Shown here piece after piece: positions 49,545-58,751 of a stretch of DNA of 64,000 nt (the stretch's first letter is position 1; each line of letters begins with the position of its first letter). Origin of the DNA: Thermoanaerobaculia bacterium (GTDB taxonomy: Bacteria; Acidobacteriota; Thermoanaerobaculia; UBA5066); contig CAWEJK010000013.1 of assembly GCA_963809425.1 (NCBI GenBank), positions 49,359 through 113,358 of the forward strand. Reading direction: 5' to 3'. The notes under the pieces are model-generated. The model saw only the letters and a list, made by a program, of their open reading frames with translations. It had not been told where the DNA came from and ran no database searches. The translations under genes were made by a program, and so were the position numbers.

Positions 49545-50861
49545 TCAGTCGTCCCTCTTGACGACGAACTTCAGGGGCACGCCGTTGAGGTTCCACTTCT
49601 CGCGGATGCGGTTCTGCAGGAATCTCTCGAAGGAGAAGTGCAGAGGCTCGGTCCGGTCCGCGAAGAGACGGATGAGCGGGGGCTCGGCGGCTACCTGCAC
49701 GGCGTAACGGATTTTCATGTTGCGGCCCGAGCGCCCGCGCGGCTCCTCCCGTTCGAACGATTTCTGCAGCAGCCGGTTCAGCTCGCCCGTGGACATCCGC
49801 GTCGTGAACCTCTTCGCAAGCGCGTCCGCCTCGGGCAGGAGGCGCTGGACGCCCTTCCCCGACGTTGCGCAGAGCGGCAGGAAAGGCGCCTTGCGAAGGA
49901 AGATGAAACGCCGCTCCGTGTCGTGCTTGAGCTCGGCCGCGCGCTCGCGGTCTTTTTCGATCAGGTCCCACTTGTTCGCGACGAGAAGAACGCCGCGGCC
50001 GGCCTCTTCCGCGTAGCCCGCGATCGTGGCGTCCTGCGCCGTGATGCCGGCGGAGGCGTCGAACACGATGACGACGAGCCGCGCCCGGTCGATCGCCTTG
50101 CGGGACGCGACGATCGAGAGCAGCTCGGCCGAATCCGTCGTCTTTCCCTTGCGCCGGATTCCCGCCGTGTCGACGAAGAGATACTCCCGGCCGCCCCGGG
50201 ACAGTCGCACGTCGATCGAGTCGCGCGTCGTGCCGGCGATCTCCGACACCATCACGCGCTCCGCCCCGACGAGCGCGTTCACGAGCGACGACTTCCCGAC
50301 GTTCGGGCGGCCGACGATCGCGATCGGAAGAGGCTCGGTGCGCGTGTCCGGATCGAGATCCGACGGCAGCACGGCCTCGATCGCCTCGAGGAGCTCGTCC
50401 GCGCCCGTGCCGTGGAGGGCCGAGACGCCGATCACCTTCGGAAAGCCCAGCGAGAAGCCGTCGGCGAGCGACTCGGCCGCGGCTTTCGCGTCGCACTTGT
50501 TCCAGGCGACGACCACGTTCTTGCCGAGGGCGTGGAGCTTGCGGGCGAGCCGCTCGTCCTCGGGCAGGCGCCCCGCGACGCCGTCGAGGACGAACAGGAT
50601 GAGGTCCGCGTCCGCGACGGCCGCGAGAGCACGGTCGCTCGTCCACGCCGCGAACCCGCCGGCCGCGTCGAGGTCCAGGCCGCCCGTGTCGACGAGCGTG
50701 TACCGTCGCCCTGACGGCGTTTGCGCCGTCATCTCGAGCGCGTCGCGCGTCATCCCCGGGCGATCGTGCACGAGCGCCCGGCGCTCCCGCGCGAGCCGGT
50801 TGAAGAGGGCCGATTTCCCGACGTTCGGGCGGCCGACGAGGACGACACGAAAAGCGTTCAC
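49545..50861 (-). CDS. der: ribosome-associated GTPase Der (EngA)
   Basis: 438-aa ORF with two G domains (GRPNVGKSALFN, DTGG; GRPNVGKSSLVN, DTAG, NKWD) and a KH-like C-terminus. Confidence 0.95.
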   Translation of the reverse strand: MNAFRVVLVGRPNVGKSALFNRLARERRALVHDRPGMTRDALEMTAQTPSGRRYTLVDTGGLDLDAAGGFAAWTSDRALAAVADADLILFVLDGVAGRLPEDERLARKLHALGKNVVVAWNKCDAKAAAESLADGFSLGFPKVIGVSALHGTGADELLEAIEAVLPSDLDPDTRTEPLPIAIVGRPNVGKSSLVNALVGAERVMVSEIAGTTRDSIDVRLSRGGREYLFVDTAGIRRKGKTTDSAELLSIVASRKAIDRARLVVIVFDASAGITAQDATIAGYAEEAGRGVLLVANKWDLIEKDRERAAELKHDTERRFIFLRKAPFLPLCATSGKGVQRLLPEADALAKRFTTRMSTGELNRLLQKSFEREEPRGRSGRNMKIRYAVQVAAEPPLIRLFADRTEPLHFSFERFLQNRIREKWNLNGVPLKFVVKRDD

Positions 50862-50876
50862 CGGGCCATCACTCCG

Positions 50877-53264
50877 TCAGCGCCGCCGCCGCGTCTTTCC
50901 ACGCGACGGAGCCGGCGACGGCCGGCGGCCGCGGCCCTTCTGCTGCGCGTGGACGGCCCCGGCGCGCGGGCCGCCGCGCGTCCCCGCGCTCTCGCCCACG
51001 GGCACGAAGTCGAGACCGCGCTTCTCGGCGTCGGCTTTCACGAGCTTCACGCGCAGGCGGTCTCCGAGGCGGTAGACGCGCCCCGTCGAGGAGCCGACGA
51101 GGCGGTGCTCGACGTCCTCGTACCGGTAGAAGTCGTCCCCCAGCGACGAGATCGGCACGAGGCCGTCGACGTAGATGTCCTCGAGCGTGACGAACAGGCC
51201 GAAGCCCACGACCGCCGAGACGTACGCCCAGAACTCCTCGCCCACTCGCGACGAAAGGAACACGAACTTCTTCCAGGCGATCGCCTCGCGCTCGGCCGAC
51301 TCGGCGCGCCGTTCGCGCGACGAGCAGTGCGCCGCCGCCTCGTGGAACCAGCGCGTGCGGCCGTCCGCGTCGTCGGCCGCGGGCGGCCGGCGGATCGCGA
51401 GCCACTCGACGAGCGCGCGGTGGACGAGAAGGTCCGGATACCGCCGGATGGGGGACGTGAAGTGGCAGTAGTGCTTCGCAGCGAGCGCGTAGTGCCCGCG
51501 GCACTCCTCGGAGTAGATGGCCTTCTTCTGGGCCCTGAGGACGAGGTCCGAGACGAGGCGTTCTTCGGGCTTTCCCTGCGCCCGGTCGAGGATCGCCTGA
51601 AACGTCGCCGGGGAGACCTCTTCCTCGTCCTCGGGAATGACGTAGCCGAGCGGGCCGAGCACGACCCGGATGTCCGCGAGGCGGCTCTCGTCCGGCCGGT
51701 CGTGCACGCGGTAGAGGGCCGGCGTCGGGACGAGCTCGAGGTGCTTCGCGACCGCCTCGTTCGCGGCCAGCATGAACTCCTCGATGAGGCGGTGCGCCTC
51801 GTTGCGCACGGCCTTCAGGATCGCGACGACGTCGCCGGTCTCACTGAGGATCACGTCCGCATCCGGCAGGTCGAAATCGAGGGAGCCGCGGGAGACTCTT
51901 TTTGCTCGGAGAAGAGCGCCGGCCCTCTGGGCGGCGCGAAGCATTGCGGCTACGTCCGAAGAGACCGCGGATTTCTTAGAAAGGGGATCAGCCGGCGGCT
52001 CGCTTCGGCCCTCTGCCGTGCTCGATTGCTGCGCTGTAGGTTCGCGCCGGGTCGCCGCCGGTGCGCCGCGCCTGCTGCCCTCCCCCTCTTCACCTTCTAA
52101 GAAATCCCCTACTGCCGTATATGTCAAACGGGCCCGACTCTTGATGAGAGACCTGAAGAACTCGCTCTTCACGGTCTCGCCCTGCCTGTTCAGTGTGAGC
52201 ACCGCGGACAGCGTCCGCCGCTCCTCGTTCGGGCGCAGCGAGCAGAGGTCGTTCGAAAGGCGCTCCGGGAGCATCGCGATCGCGCGGTCGGGGAAGTAGA
52301 CCGACGTGCCGCGTTCGAAAGCCTCGGCATCGAGAGCGCTGCCGATGGGCACGTAGTGCGAGACGTCCGCGATGTGAATCCCGATGCGGAAGCAGCCGTT
52401 CGGAAGCGGTTCGGCCTCGATGGCGTCGTCGAAGTCGCGCGCGGTCTCGCCGTCGATCGTGACGATCGTCCGTCCCGTGAAGTCCGCCCGAAGCTTCCGC
52501 TCGTCGGTCCCGACCGCCCCGTTCGCGGCCTCGGCCTCGGCGATCACGCTCTGCGGGTACGTGCGCGGTATTCCCCACTTGCGGGCCACGACCTCGACGT
52601 CGACACCGGGGTCGCCCTCGAAGCCGATCAGCTCCAGCACCTCGGCCAGGGCGAGCCGGCGGTCGTCGGGGTACGCGGTGATGCGCGCCTCCACGAAGAT
52701 GCCCGTCGGGGCCGACAGGTCCTTGCCGTCCGGCACCGCGAGCCGCGCGTCTATCCGGCGGTCGAACGGCACGATGAACGTGCCCTCCGGGCCGCGCGCG
52801 ATCTTTCCGACGACCGTTTCGCGACGCCTCTGCAGGACCTTCACGACGACGCCCGAGGCACGCGGCGCGAAGCGCGACGCGGGCCGCTTGCCCTTCGGCT
52901 CGACTCTCGGGGCTTCGACGCGCACGAGAACGACGTCACCGTCGAGCGCGCTTGCCACCGCCGTCACCGGCACGTCGGGAACACCCGGCACTCCGGACAG
53001 GAGGAACGCCCGGCCTTCGCCGCGTATCGCGAGCGTGCCCGCCTGATAGTCGGTGAACTCGATGCGCGAGAGCTTCTCGCCCTTGACGCGGACGATCTCG
53101 CCCCGGCGCTCGAGCTCGGCGACGGCTGCGCGAAGCGCATCCTCGCGGGACGGATCGGGATCCGCCCGCAGGACACGATTCGCGACCTCCGAAAACGAGA
53201 GGACGTGCGAGCCCCGAGGCTTCAGCGCCTCGAGGATCGCGTCACGGAGTCGTTGGGGCGTCAT
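50877..53264 (-). CDS. rnr: ribonuclease R, carrying an in-frame ~45-aa low-complexity insertion
   Basis: 795-aa ORF with cold-shock/OB N-terminus, RNB domain (TIDGETARDFDDA, FTSPIRRYPDLLVHR), S1 domain and a basic tail. The insertion is EGEEGEGSRRGAPAATRREPTAQQSSTAEGRSEPPADPLSKKSAVSS. Confidence 0.93.
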   Translation of the reverse strand: MTPQRLRDAILEALKPRGSHVLSFSEVANRVLRADPDPSREDALRAAVAELERRGEIVRVKGEKLSRIEFTDYQAGTLAIRGEGRAFLLSGVPGVPDVPVTAVASALDGDVVLVRVEAPRVEPKGKRPASRFAPRASGVVVKVLQRRRETVVGKIARGPEGTFIVPFDRRIDARLAVPDGKDLSAPTGIFVEARITAYPDDRRLALAEVLELIGFEGDPGVDVEVVARKWGIPRTYPQSVIAEAEAANGAVGTDERKLRADFTGRTIVTIDGETARDFDDAIEAEPLPNGCFRIGIHIADVSHYVPIGSALDAEAFERGTSVYFPDRAIAMLPERLSNDLCSLRPNEERRTLSAVLTLNRQGETVKSEFFRSLIKSRARLTYTAVGDFLEGEEGEGSRRGAPAATRREPTAQQSSTAEGRSEPPADPLSKKSAVSSDVAAMLRAAQRAGALLRAKRVSRGSLDFDLPDADVILSETGDVVAILKAVRNEAHRLIEEFMLAANEAVAKHLELVPTPALYRVHDRPDESRLADIRVVLGPLGYVIPEDEEEVSPATFQAILDRAQGKPEERLVSDLVLRAQKKAIYSEECRGHYALAAKHYCHFTSPIRRYPDLLVHRALVEWLAIRRPPAADDADGRTRWFHEAAAHCSSRERRAESAEREAIAWKKFVFLSSRVGEEFWAYVSAVVGFGLFVTLEDIYVDGLVPISSLGDDFYRYEDVEHRLVGSSTGRVYRLGDRLRVKLVKADAEKRGLDFVPVGESAGTRGGPRAGAVHAQQKGRGRRPSPAPSRGKTRRRR
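51969..52107. mobile_element. MITE-like ~139-bp element with 13-bp terminal inverted repeats inside rnr (in frame)
   Basis: ggatttcttagaa at 51969-51981 is the exact reverse complement of ttctaagaaatcc at 52095-52107. The segment encodes the extra residues that E. coli RNase R (sequence as I recall it) lacks at this position. Confidence 0.4.
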
Positions 53265-53363
53265 GTGTAGGCAGGCCGAAAGGCAGCGTGCCTCCGGGGC
53301 CAGTTCATTCTGCCCTAAGACCCGGATTTCCGCACGGGGGCTCGAGAAACGGCCGTTCGATCA

Positions 53364-53819
53364 TTGGATTGCGGGCAGCGTAAATGCCACGATGGAGATG
53401 ATCATCGACGCACCCAACGGCTGGACCGTTACGTCCGCGACCTACAGCGGGACCGCAGGACGGTCGCCTTTTTCCGGAACCACGACTGTTTCCTCAGCGC
53501 CCCCGGACCTTGCTCGATTGGCGCCGTGACTGCCGGGTACCAGAAGATCTACCTGACCGCAGGGCCCTTCACGACCGTCGCCTTCCCGGACGCCGCGAAC
53601 ATTTCCGTCACGTTTCTCGTGGGAGGCGCGCCGGGCACGTACACGCTGGGCTTCAAGGGCGGCGGCGGCAACGGTGCGGCGTTCGATTGCCAGGCGGCGC
53701 CGACGACTCTCGCGGTCACGTCGCAGTCGACCCCATTCATTCCTGCCCTGGACGCGAGGGGTGTCATCGTTCTGCTCGCGGCTCTCGCGATCTCGGGCTT
53801 CCATCTTCTCCGGCGGTGA
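53364..53819 (+). pseudogene. fragmentary secreted-protein gene ending in an IPTL-CTERM-like sorting signal
   Basis: The C-terminus PFIPALDARGVIVLLAALAISGFHLLRR resembles an IPTL-CTERM anchor. The N-terminal part reads sensibly only in another frame (IIDAPNGWTVTSATYSGTAG..., 53390-53529). No signal peptide was found. Confidence 0.4.
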
Positions 53820-54044
53820 CGCGCCGCTAATCCGCGGGTTCGGGAGAGCAATGAGACGAGAACGGGGCCGGAATCCGGCCTGTCCAGCGCCTGAACGCAA
53901 GCGTCCGGCCGAATCGCCGCGCCGGTCCGTTTCACGTAACCGATAACTTACTTGATACACAACGTGACCGCCGCAAATGCATGAAGAATCGTCGGTGCAG
54001 CACGGAAGTCCTCGGAGGGATTTCTCGTTACACAGAAGCCGACG

Positions 54045-55402
54045 TCAGCGGAAGTATCCGTTCACGTCGAAGACGACATCGGCCGTGGCGGCGCTGTCGT
54101 TCAGGATCGTGACCGACTGCGTCCCGTCCTGCGACAGGGCGACCAACAGGTTGTTGGCCCGTATCTTCAGCGCGTTGAAGTTGATCACGGTCGTCGAGGG
54201 CACCGCGTGGTCGGCCGGGTAGACACGGAAGTCTCCTACCGCCGAAGGGCCGACCGCCACGACGTTTCCCGAGACCACGACGGCATCGGACGGTATGCCG
54301 CAGGCCCCGGCAAACGCGAAGCTGCGTAGCTCCTCTGGACCGAGCGCAGGTCCTCCGAGTGGACTGACTGTGCCGCGCGTATCAAGGACGCGGCAGGGGG
54401 GCAGAGTGAAAAAAAGGAGCGCGAGCGATATCTGGCCGATCTGGTTGCCGCTGGACTGGCTGTACTCCGTAAACCAGAGGTTGCCGTCAGGGCCGAGGCA
54501 TATGTCGTAGGGGAGGCTATTGGCCGTCGGGACCGTGAACTCCGTGATGGTGCCGGTGGCGGTGATGCGGCCGATCTTGTTGGTGTTGGACTCCGTGAAC
54601 CAGAGGTTTCCGTCGGGACCAGAGGTGATCTGCGAGGGCCAACTTGACGGCGTCGGGATGGTGAACTCGGTAATCAAGCCTGCGGTGGTGATCCGACCGA
54701 TTTTGCTGCTGGCAGAAGACGACAAGGTTTCCACGAACCAGAGGTTGCCGTCTGGACCGGCGGTTATCCCCTCAGGCGCGCTGGCCACCGTTGGAATCGT
54801 GAACTCCGTGATGATGCCGGTGGTGGTGATGCGGCCGATCTTGTTGGCGTTGGACTCCGTGAACCAGAGGTTTCCGTCGGGACCAGAGGTGATCCCGAAG
54901 GGGATGCTGTTTGCCGTCGGGATCGGGAATTCCGTGAAGGCTCCGGCGGTGGTGACACGGCCGATTTTGTTACCAATCGCTTCCGTGAACCAGAGGTTGC
55001 CGTCGGGACCGGAGACAATCCATAAGGGGGCGCTGCTCGCCGTCGGGATCGGGAACTCCGTGATGACTGCCGGAAGGCGTGATGCGACCGATCGAGTTGT
55101 TGCTGCTCTTGTCCGTGAACCAGAGGTTGCCGTCAGGGCCGGAAGCAATCCCTTGAGGAGCTGCCGCCTGGCAGCGCGAACTCGGTGACGTCGCCGGAAG
55201 GCGTGATGCGGCCAATTCTGGCGCCATAGTTTTCGGTAAACCAGAGGTTGCCGTCGGGACCGGAAGCGATACTGAACGGGATGCAGGCTGGCGTCGGGAT
55301 CGGGTACTCGTGGATCGTGACTGCCATCGCAGCCCGAGATTCGAGGAGAACGGCCACGACACTGGCGACCCACAGAGTGATTGACCGCCCGGCTCCTTTC
55401 AT
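54045..55402 (-). pseudogene. Vgb (streptogramin-lyase)-like beta-propeller repeat protein, at least 2 frameshifts
   Basis: Repeats of ITEFxIPT...GPDGNLWFTE...IGRIT. Signal peptide and first blades at 55402-~55140, a second frame to ~54990, then 54045-~54990. C-terminal PPCRVLDTRG domain. Confidence 0.7.
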
Positions 55403-55567
55403 AGCGCCCTCCCGTGTGTCCTCCTCTTCGGCATTCCCGAAGACAGAACTGTCCTTGAACCTTATGCTGCGCCACGCCCAACGGGACCTGATGCAGTTGC
55501 ATCGAAGGCTCCCGTGGGAGTGGCTCTTCGCGCGGCGAACGGGTCAATGGCCCGTCCGCGCCGCCGA

Positions 55568-55789
55568 CTACGCCTGGCAAAGGACCAGCACGAAGAGGAG
55601 GCCGAGGATTAGCCGGCGTCGCCTATTGAGGCGAGCCCATTCGTCACGGGCGGCGACGATCTCCTCAAGGCTGGCCCTCCTCATCGGACCCCTTGCCTCG
55701 GATGCCATGATCCGTGCGGACAGGGCCCACTCTTCGTCGAGCGTCAGCGCAGGCAGAGATTTCGGCGACAACTTCATCGAAGCCGCCAA
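55568..55789 (-). CDS. hypothetical 73-aa tail-anchored protein
   Basis: ORF with a C-terminal hydrophobic segment (LILGLLFVLVLCQA). Overlaps the end of the upstream gene by 16 nt. No homology recognised. Confidence 0.3.
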   Translation of the reverse strand: MAASMKLSPKSLPALTLDEEWALSARIMASEARGPMRRASLEEIVAARDEWARLNRRRRLILGLLFVLVLCQA

Positions 55790-56178
55790 ACCGCGATAGC
55801 GGTCGCTACGATGCAGAGGAGCAAGACGAAACCGAGCACGGATGCGAGAAGACGATCCCCGCGCCTGGATACCTCGCGGTGGGTTGTGGAATCTCCGGGG
55901 CCGCTAAACTCGTCGATGCCGCAGCCACAAGACCCGATCTGAGTCGCTCGGCAGACAGGGCATGCCTCGTATTCACACTCTGCGAAAACGTGCAGCTCGC
56001 CCTTGACTACTCCGCAATCGCGGCACGGTGTTTCGCCCCAGCGCGGGTCCTCGGCACCGTAGGGAATGCGGGCGTAGGGTTGGCCGTGACATGTGTAGTG
56101 AGTAGCAGCCTGGGATGCCACGAGTTTGTCTCGCCATGCCGGCGTCATTGAAGCGCCACGATGCATGATCCGGGTCAT
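55774..56178 (-). CDS. hypothetical Cys-rich (zinc-ribbon-like) tail-anchored protein
   Basis: ATG 56178 follows GGAGAT. Cys-rich segment CRDCGVVKGELHVFAECEYEACPVCRATQIGSCGCG. C-terminal TM LLASVLGFVLLLCIVATAIAVW. The ORF is open up to 56268, but that part covers the upstream repeat motif. Confidence 0.45.
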   Translation of the reverse strand: MTRIMHRGASMTPAWRDKLVASQAATHYTCHGQPYARIPYGAEDPRWGETPCRDCGVVKGELHVFAECEYEACPVCRATQIGSCGCGIDEFSGPGDSTTHREVSRRGDRLLASVLGFVLLLCIVATAIAVWRLR

Positions 56179-56207
56179 CGGTTCGGCATCTCCACGAAAA
56201 GTAAGCT

Positions 56208-56253
56208 GCCCAACGATACCGCGTTCACCGGGGGCGCAGCGAGACCGCTGCAA
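56208..56253 (-). repeat. ~46-bp upstream repeat, copy A (contains hairpin GCAGCG-gtct-CGCTGC)
   Basis: gcccaacgataccgcgttcaccgg...gcgcagcgagaccgctgcaa. About 90% identical to copy B. 30-75 nt upstream of ATG 56178. Confidence 0.7.
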
Positions 56254-56327
56254 TGAGTCGATACACATCTGCGGCGGTAGGCCTCAAGGTCGGCCGCGAC
56301 CGCCCTTCGGCTCCGAAGTCCCCGCTG

Positions 56328-56909
56328 TCAGCTCCCTGGCGACTGCGCCTGCGAGAACTTCGATTTCGGCGCCGCCTTCGGCGCGGATGGGCGGTCCACG
56401 CGGTCGGCCGTGCGGCAGTCGGCGCCCTCGTCGAACGGGATGCGCAGGACGACCTCGTCTCCCTGCTTCAGGCCCTGGTACACGGTGGCGTGCGGTGCGA
56501 GCGAGACCTGCCGCTGGCGTCCACTCTTTTCGAGGACGGTGATCGCATTCTTCGTATAGGTCGTCACCGTCCCGCGCACACTTGCGTAGGCCGCTCCGAC
56601 GACCGCCGGGCCGGTCGGACCGCTCGGGGCCGGTGCATACGCGGCGCCGCCGGCTGTTCCGAGATCCGGTTGTGCTCCTCTGGCACGCGCCGTCGCCCTC
56701 GGCGCACCCGAGGTGGCGGCCCGTTCGCCCTGCAGGATCCACCCGTTCCTCGCCTGCTTCATCGCGTCGCTCGGCCGTACGAGCATCTCTTTGTTGCGTT
56801 GCCCGGGCGCGGATGGGACCGTCACGTGCTGCTCTGCGCCCGGAAGACGATCCTGAGCTGCGACGGGCAGGACGAGCGCCACGACGAAGATCAGCGGAAC
56901 GCGCTTCAT
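56328..56909 (-). CDS. hypothetical secreted protein
   Basis: ATG 56909 gives the signal peptide MKRVPLIFVVALVLPVAAQD. No domain recognised. Confidence 0.45.
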   Translation of the reverse strand: MKRVPLIFVVALVLPVAAQDRLPGAEQHVTVPSAPGQRNKEMLVRPSDAMKQARNGWILQGERAATSGAPRATARARGAQPDLGTAGGAAYAPAPSGPTGPAVVGAAYASVRGTVTTYTKNAITVLEKSGRQRQVSLAPHATVYQGLKQGDEVVLRIPFDEGADCRTADRVDRPSAPKAAPKSKFSQAQSPGS

Positions 56910-56943
56910 CGTCCGATTATCGGTCCGGCACGCCACGAGAATG

Positions 56944-56966
56944 CCGGGCGTAGCGAGTCCGCTGCT
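56944..56966 (-). repeat. partial copy C of the upstream hairpin repeat
   Basis: ccgggcgtagcgagtccgctgctgcg shares the cgagtccgctgc core. 35-57 nt upstream of ATG 56909. Confidence 0.5.
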
Positions 56967-57044
56967 GCGCCTTGTTGGGCGGCGCACGTCTATCCAGAGT
57001 CGGGCTCCCTTCTCTCTGTGTCGTCACTCCAAGATGCTTTCCGG

Positions 57045-57620
57045 CTACTTCTTCTGTAGCTGTTTCGGCTTGAGCTCCATGCCGAGTTGCTGCATCCATC
57101 CCAGAACGTCAGCCTCTTCTCTGGCCGCGATGACCTTGCCGTTCTTGATGCGACCCGTCCAAACACCGCCGATCTCAAACGTGTTTCCCGTCGGCAGGAG
57201 TCCCTGGTATTCGCTCTTGTGCGTGCCCCTGACTATGAACCGAGCCACGATTGTGTCGTCGCGGGCGAACATCTCTTTAACATCCCAATGAATATCGGGG
57301 AATCCGGCCCAAAGCAATTTGACGAATCCCGCTTCCTCTTCCCGGTTCAGGGCTTTCGGATTGTTCGACGGAAAATGCCAGCCATACTCGGGAGCGTACA
57401 GCTCCTGATAGATGGCGTCGTTTCGTCTATTCAATTCGTCGAATACGCTTCTGACGAGGGCACGGTTCTGCTCCTCGACCGTTGCTCTGACCCTGTATTT
57501 CTCCAGCTCCGCCACGGTCGCCTTGTCCTTGCAGGCGACCGTAAGCACGGGAGCAGAACGAATGCGGTCAAAGCCACGACCCTGCTCACCTCCCGAATCC
57601 TTCTCATGATCTCCCTCCAT
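57045..57620 (-). CDS. SnoaL-like (ester-cyclase family) lipoprotein; N-terminus disrupted by a 1-nt indel
   Basis: SnoaL-like core (EEQNRALVRSVFDELNRRNDAIYQELYAPEY...DTIVARFIVRGTH). The strong SD GGAGGGAG serves ATG 57607, giving MRRIREVSRVVALTAFVLLP. Adding one base to the GGG run at 57549-57551 restores LLPVLTVAC (a lipobox). Confidence 0.7.
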   Translation of the reverse strand: MEGDHEKDSGGEQGRGFDRIRSAPVLTVACKDKATVAELEKYRVRATVEEQNRALVRSVFDELNRRNDAIYQELYAPEYGWHFPSNNPKALNREEEAGFVKLLWAGFPDIHWDVKEMFARDDTIVARFIVRGTHKSEYQGLLPTGNTFEIGGVWTGRIKNGKVIAAREEADVLGWMQQLGMELKPKQLQKK

Positions 57621-57666
57621 AAAAGACGAAAGGCTGAATTCCTTCTTTCCCGTTCAGACCGAGTCC

Positions 57667-57713
57667 GCCCAACGATACCGCGTTCACCGGCGCGCGCAGC
57701 GAGTCCGCTGCAA
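57667..57713 (-). repeat. ~46-bp upstream repeat, copy B
   Basis: gcccaacgataccgcgttcaccggcgcgcgcagcgagtccgctgcaa. 60-106 nt upstream of ATG 57607. Confidence 0.7.
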
Positions 57714-57872
57714 CGGGGGTTAGACAGCGTTTTCCATATCGACGACGTTACGCCGAATAGCCCTTCATTGGACCCGTTCTGGACCTGTTCGGGTTCAGAA
57801 ACCGCCGTTCAGGCAGACAGAGAACCCCCGCCATTCCGACGTAAACCGTTGATCATTCGTCGGGGGGATGAT

Positions 57873-57961
<89 letters not shown>

Positions 57962-58013
57962 GCGGACCGGCAGGATAAGGCCCATGCCGGGCGTCGTCAA
58001 ATGAGCGACGCCG

Positions 58014-58751
58014 TCAGCGTCGAAAGCCCGCGCGCTCGCGCTCCGCGACGAAGGCATCCACCCGCATCTGATCCCGTTCGGCGATCTCCGTGAACCGGAT
58101 GCCGAAGGCGGGGTGAAAGTGGTCGAGCTCGGCGGTCCGGCGCATGATCCGGCCCTTCGCGTTCAGGGGCTGGGGGTCTTCGGGCAGGAAGAACTCGATC
58201 TCGACGACGCGCCCGATCGCGATCGCGCCCTCGATCTCGAGGAGGAGGCCGTTTCCCGAGACGTTGAGCGTCTTGCCGAGAAGGAGCGCCCCGTCCGGCC
58301 GGACCTCGCGCACGCGCGCCAGCGTGTTCAGCTCCCGGCGTGCCGGAATGAGGGTGAGCCTCTGCGTCTTGTCGAGGAGCTCGGCGGGAGGGAACGGGGC
58401 CAGCAGGAAGTCGTTCACGCCGGGCACGAGGGCCTCTTCCAGGTGAGGCTCCCCCGCCGCCACGACGAGCATCATCGAGACCGTGCGCCACCAGGGCTGC
58501 TCGCGCAGCTTCCGGCAGGCGGCCACGCCTCCGTCCGGCGGAAAGCCGCTGTCCAGGATCACGAGGTCCGGGACCTTCTCGGCGGGGATGCCGAGGAGGT
58601 CGTCCAGCCGCCCGACGGCCACGACCGAATAGCCCGCGGTCTCGAGCGCGCCGGCAGCCCCTCGCAGAAGGCCGGCCGGAGGGCCGGCGAGCGCGACCTT
58701 CTTCTTCGCGAAGAGGCCCGAGCCGCGCGGGAAGGTGCCGGAGCTGTCCAT
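58014..58751 (-). CDS. degenerate receiver domain + PilZ domain protein
   Basis: ATG 58751 overlaps the upstream stop (ATGA). REC-like (DLVILDSGFPPDGG...) but lacking the N-terminal acidic pair. PilZ motifs RRELNTLARV...DGALLLGKTLNVSGNGLLL. Confidence 0.75.
   Translation of the reverse strand: MDSSGTFPRGSGLFAKKKVALAGPPAGLLRGAAGALETAGYSVVAVGRLDDLLGIPAEKVPDLVILDSGFPPDGGVAACRKLREQPWWRTVSMMLVVAAGEPHLEEALVPGVNDFLLAPFPPAELLDKTQRLTLIPARRELNTLARVREVRPDGALLLGKTLNVSGNGLLLEIEGAIAIGRVVEIEFFLPEDPQPLNAKGRIMRRTAELDHFHPAFGIRFTEIAERDQMRVDAFVAERERAGFRR

Noticed and set aside
55490-55503. Palindrome GATGCA-gt-TGCATC upstream of the Vgb-like pseudogene as an operator.
   Set aside because: It is a single short occurrence next to a broken gene, with nothing to link it to a regulator.
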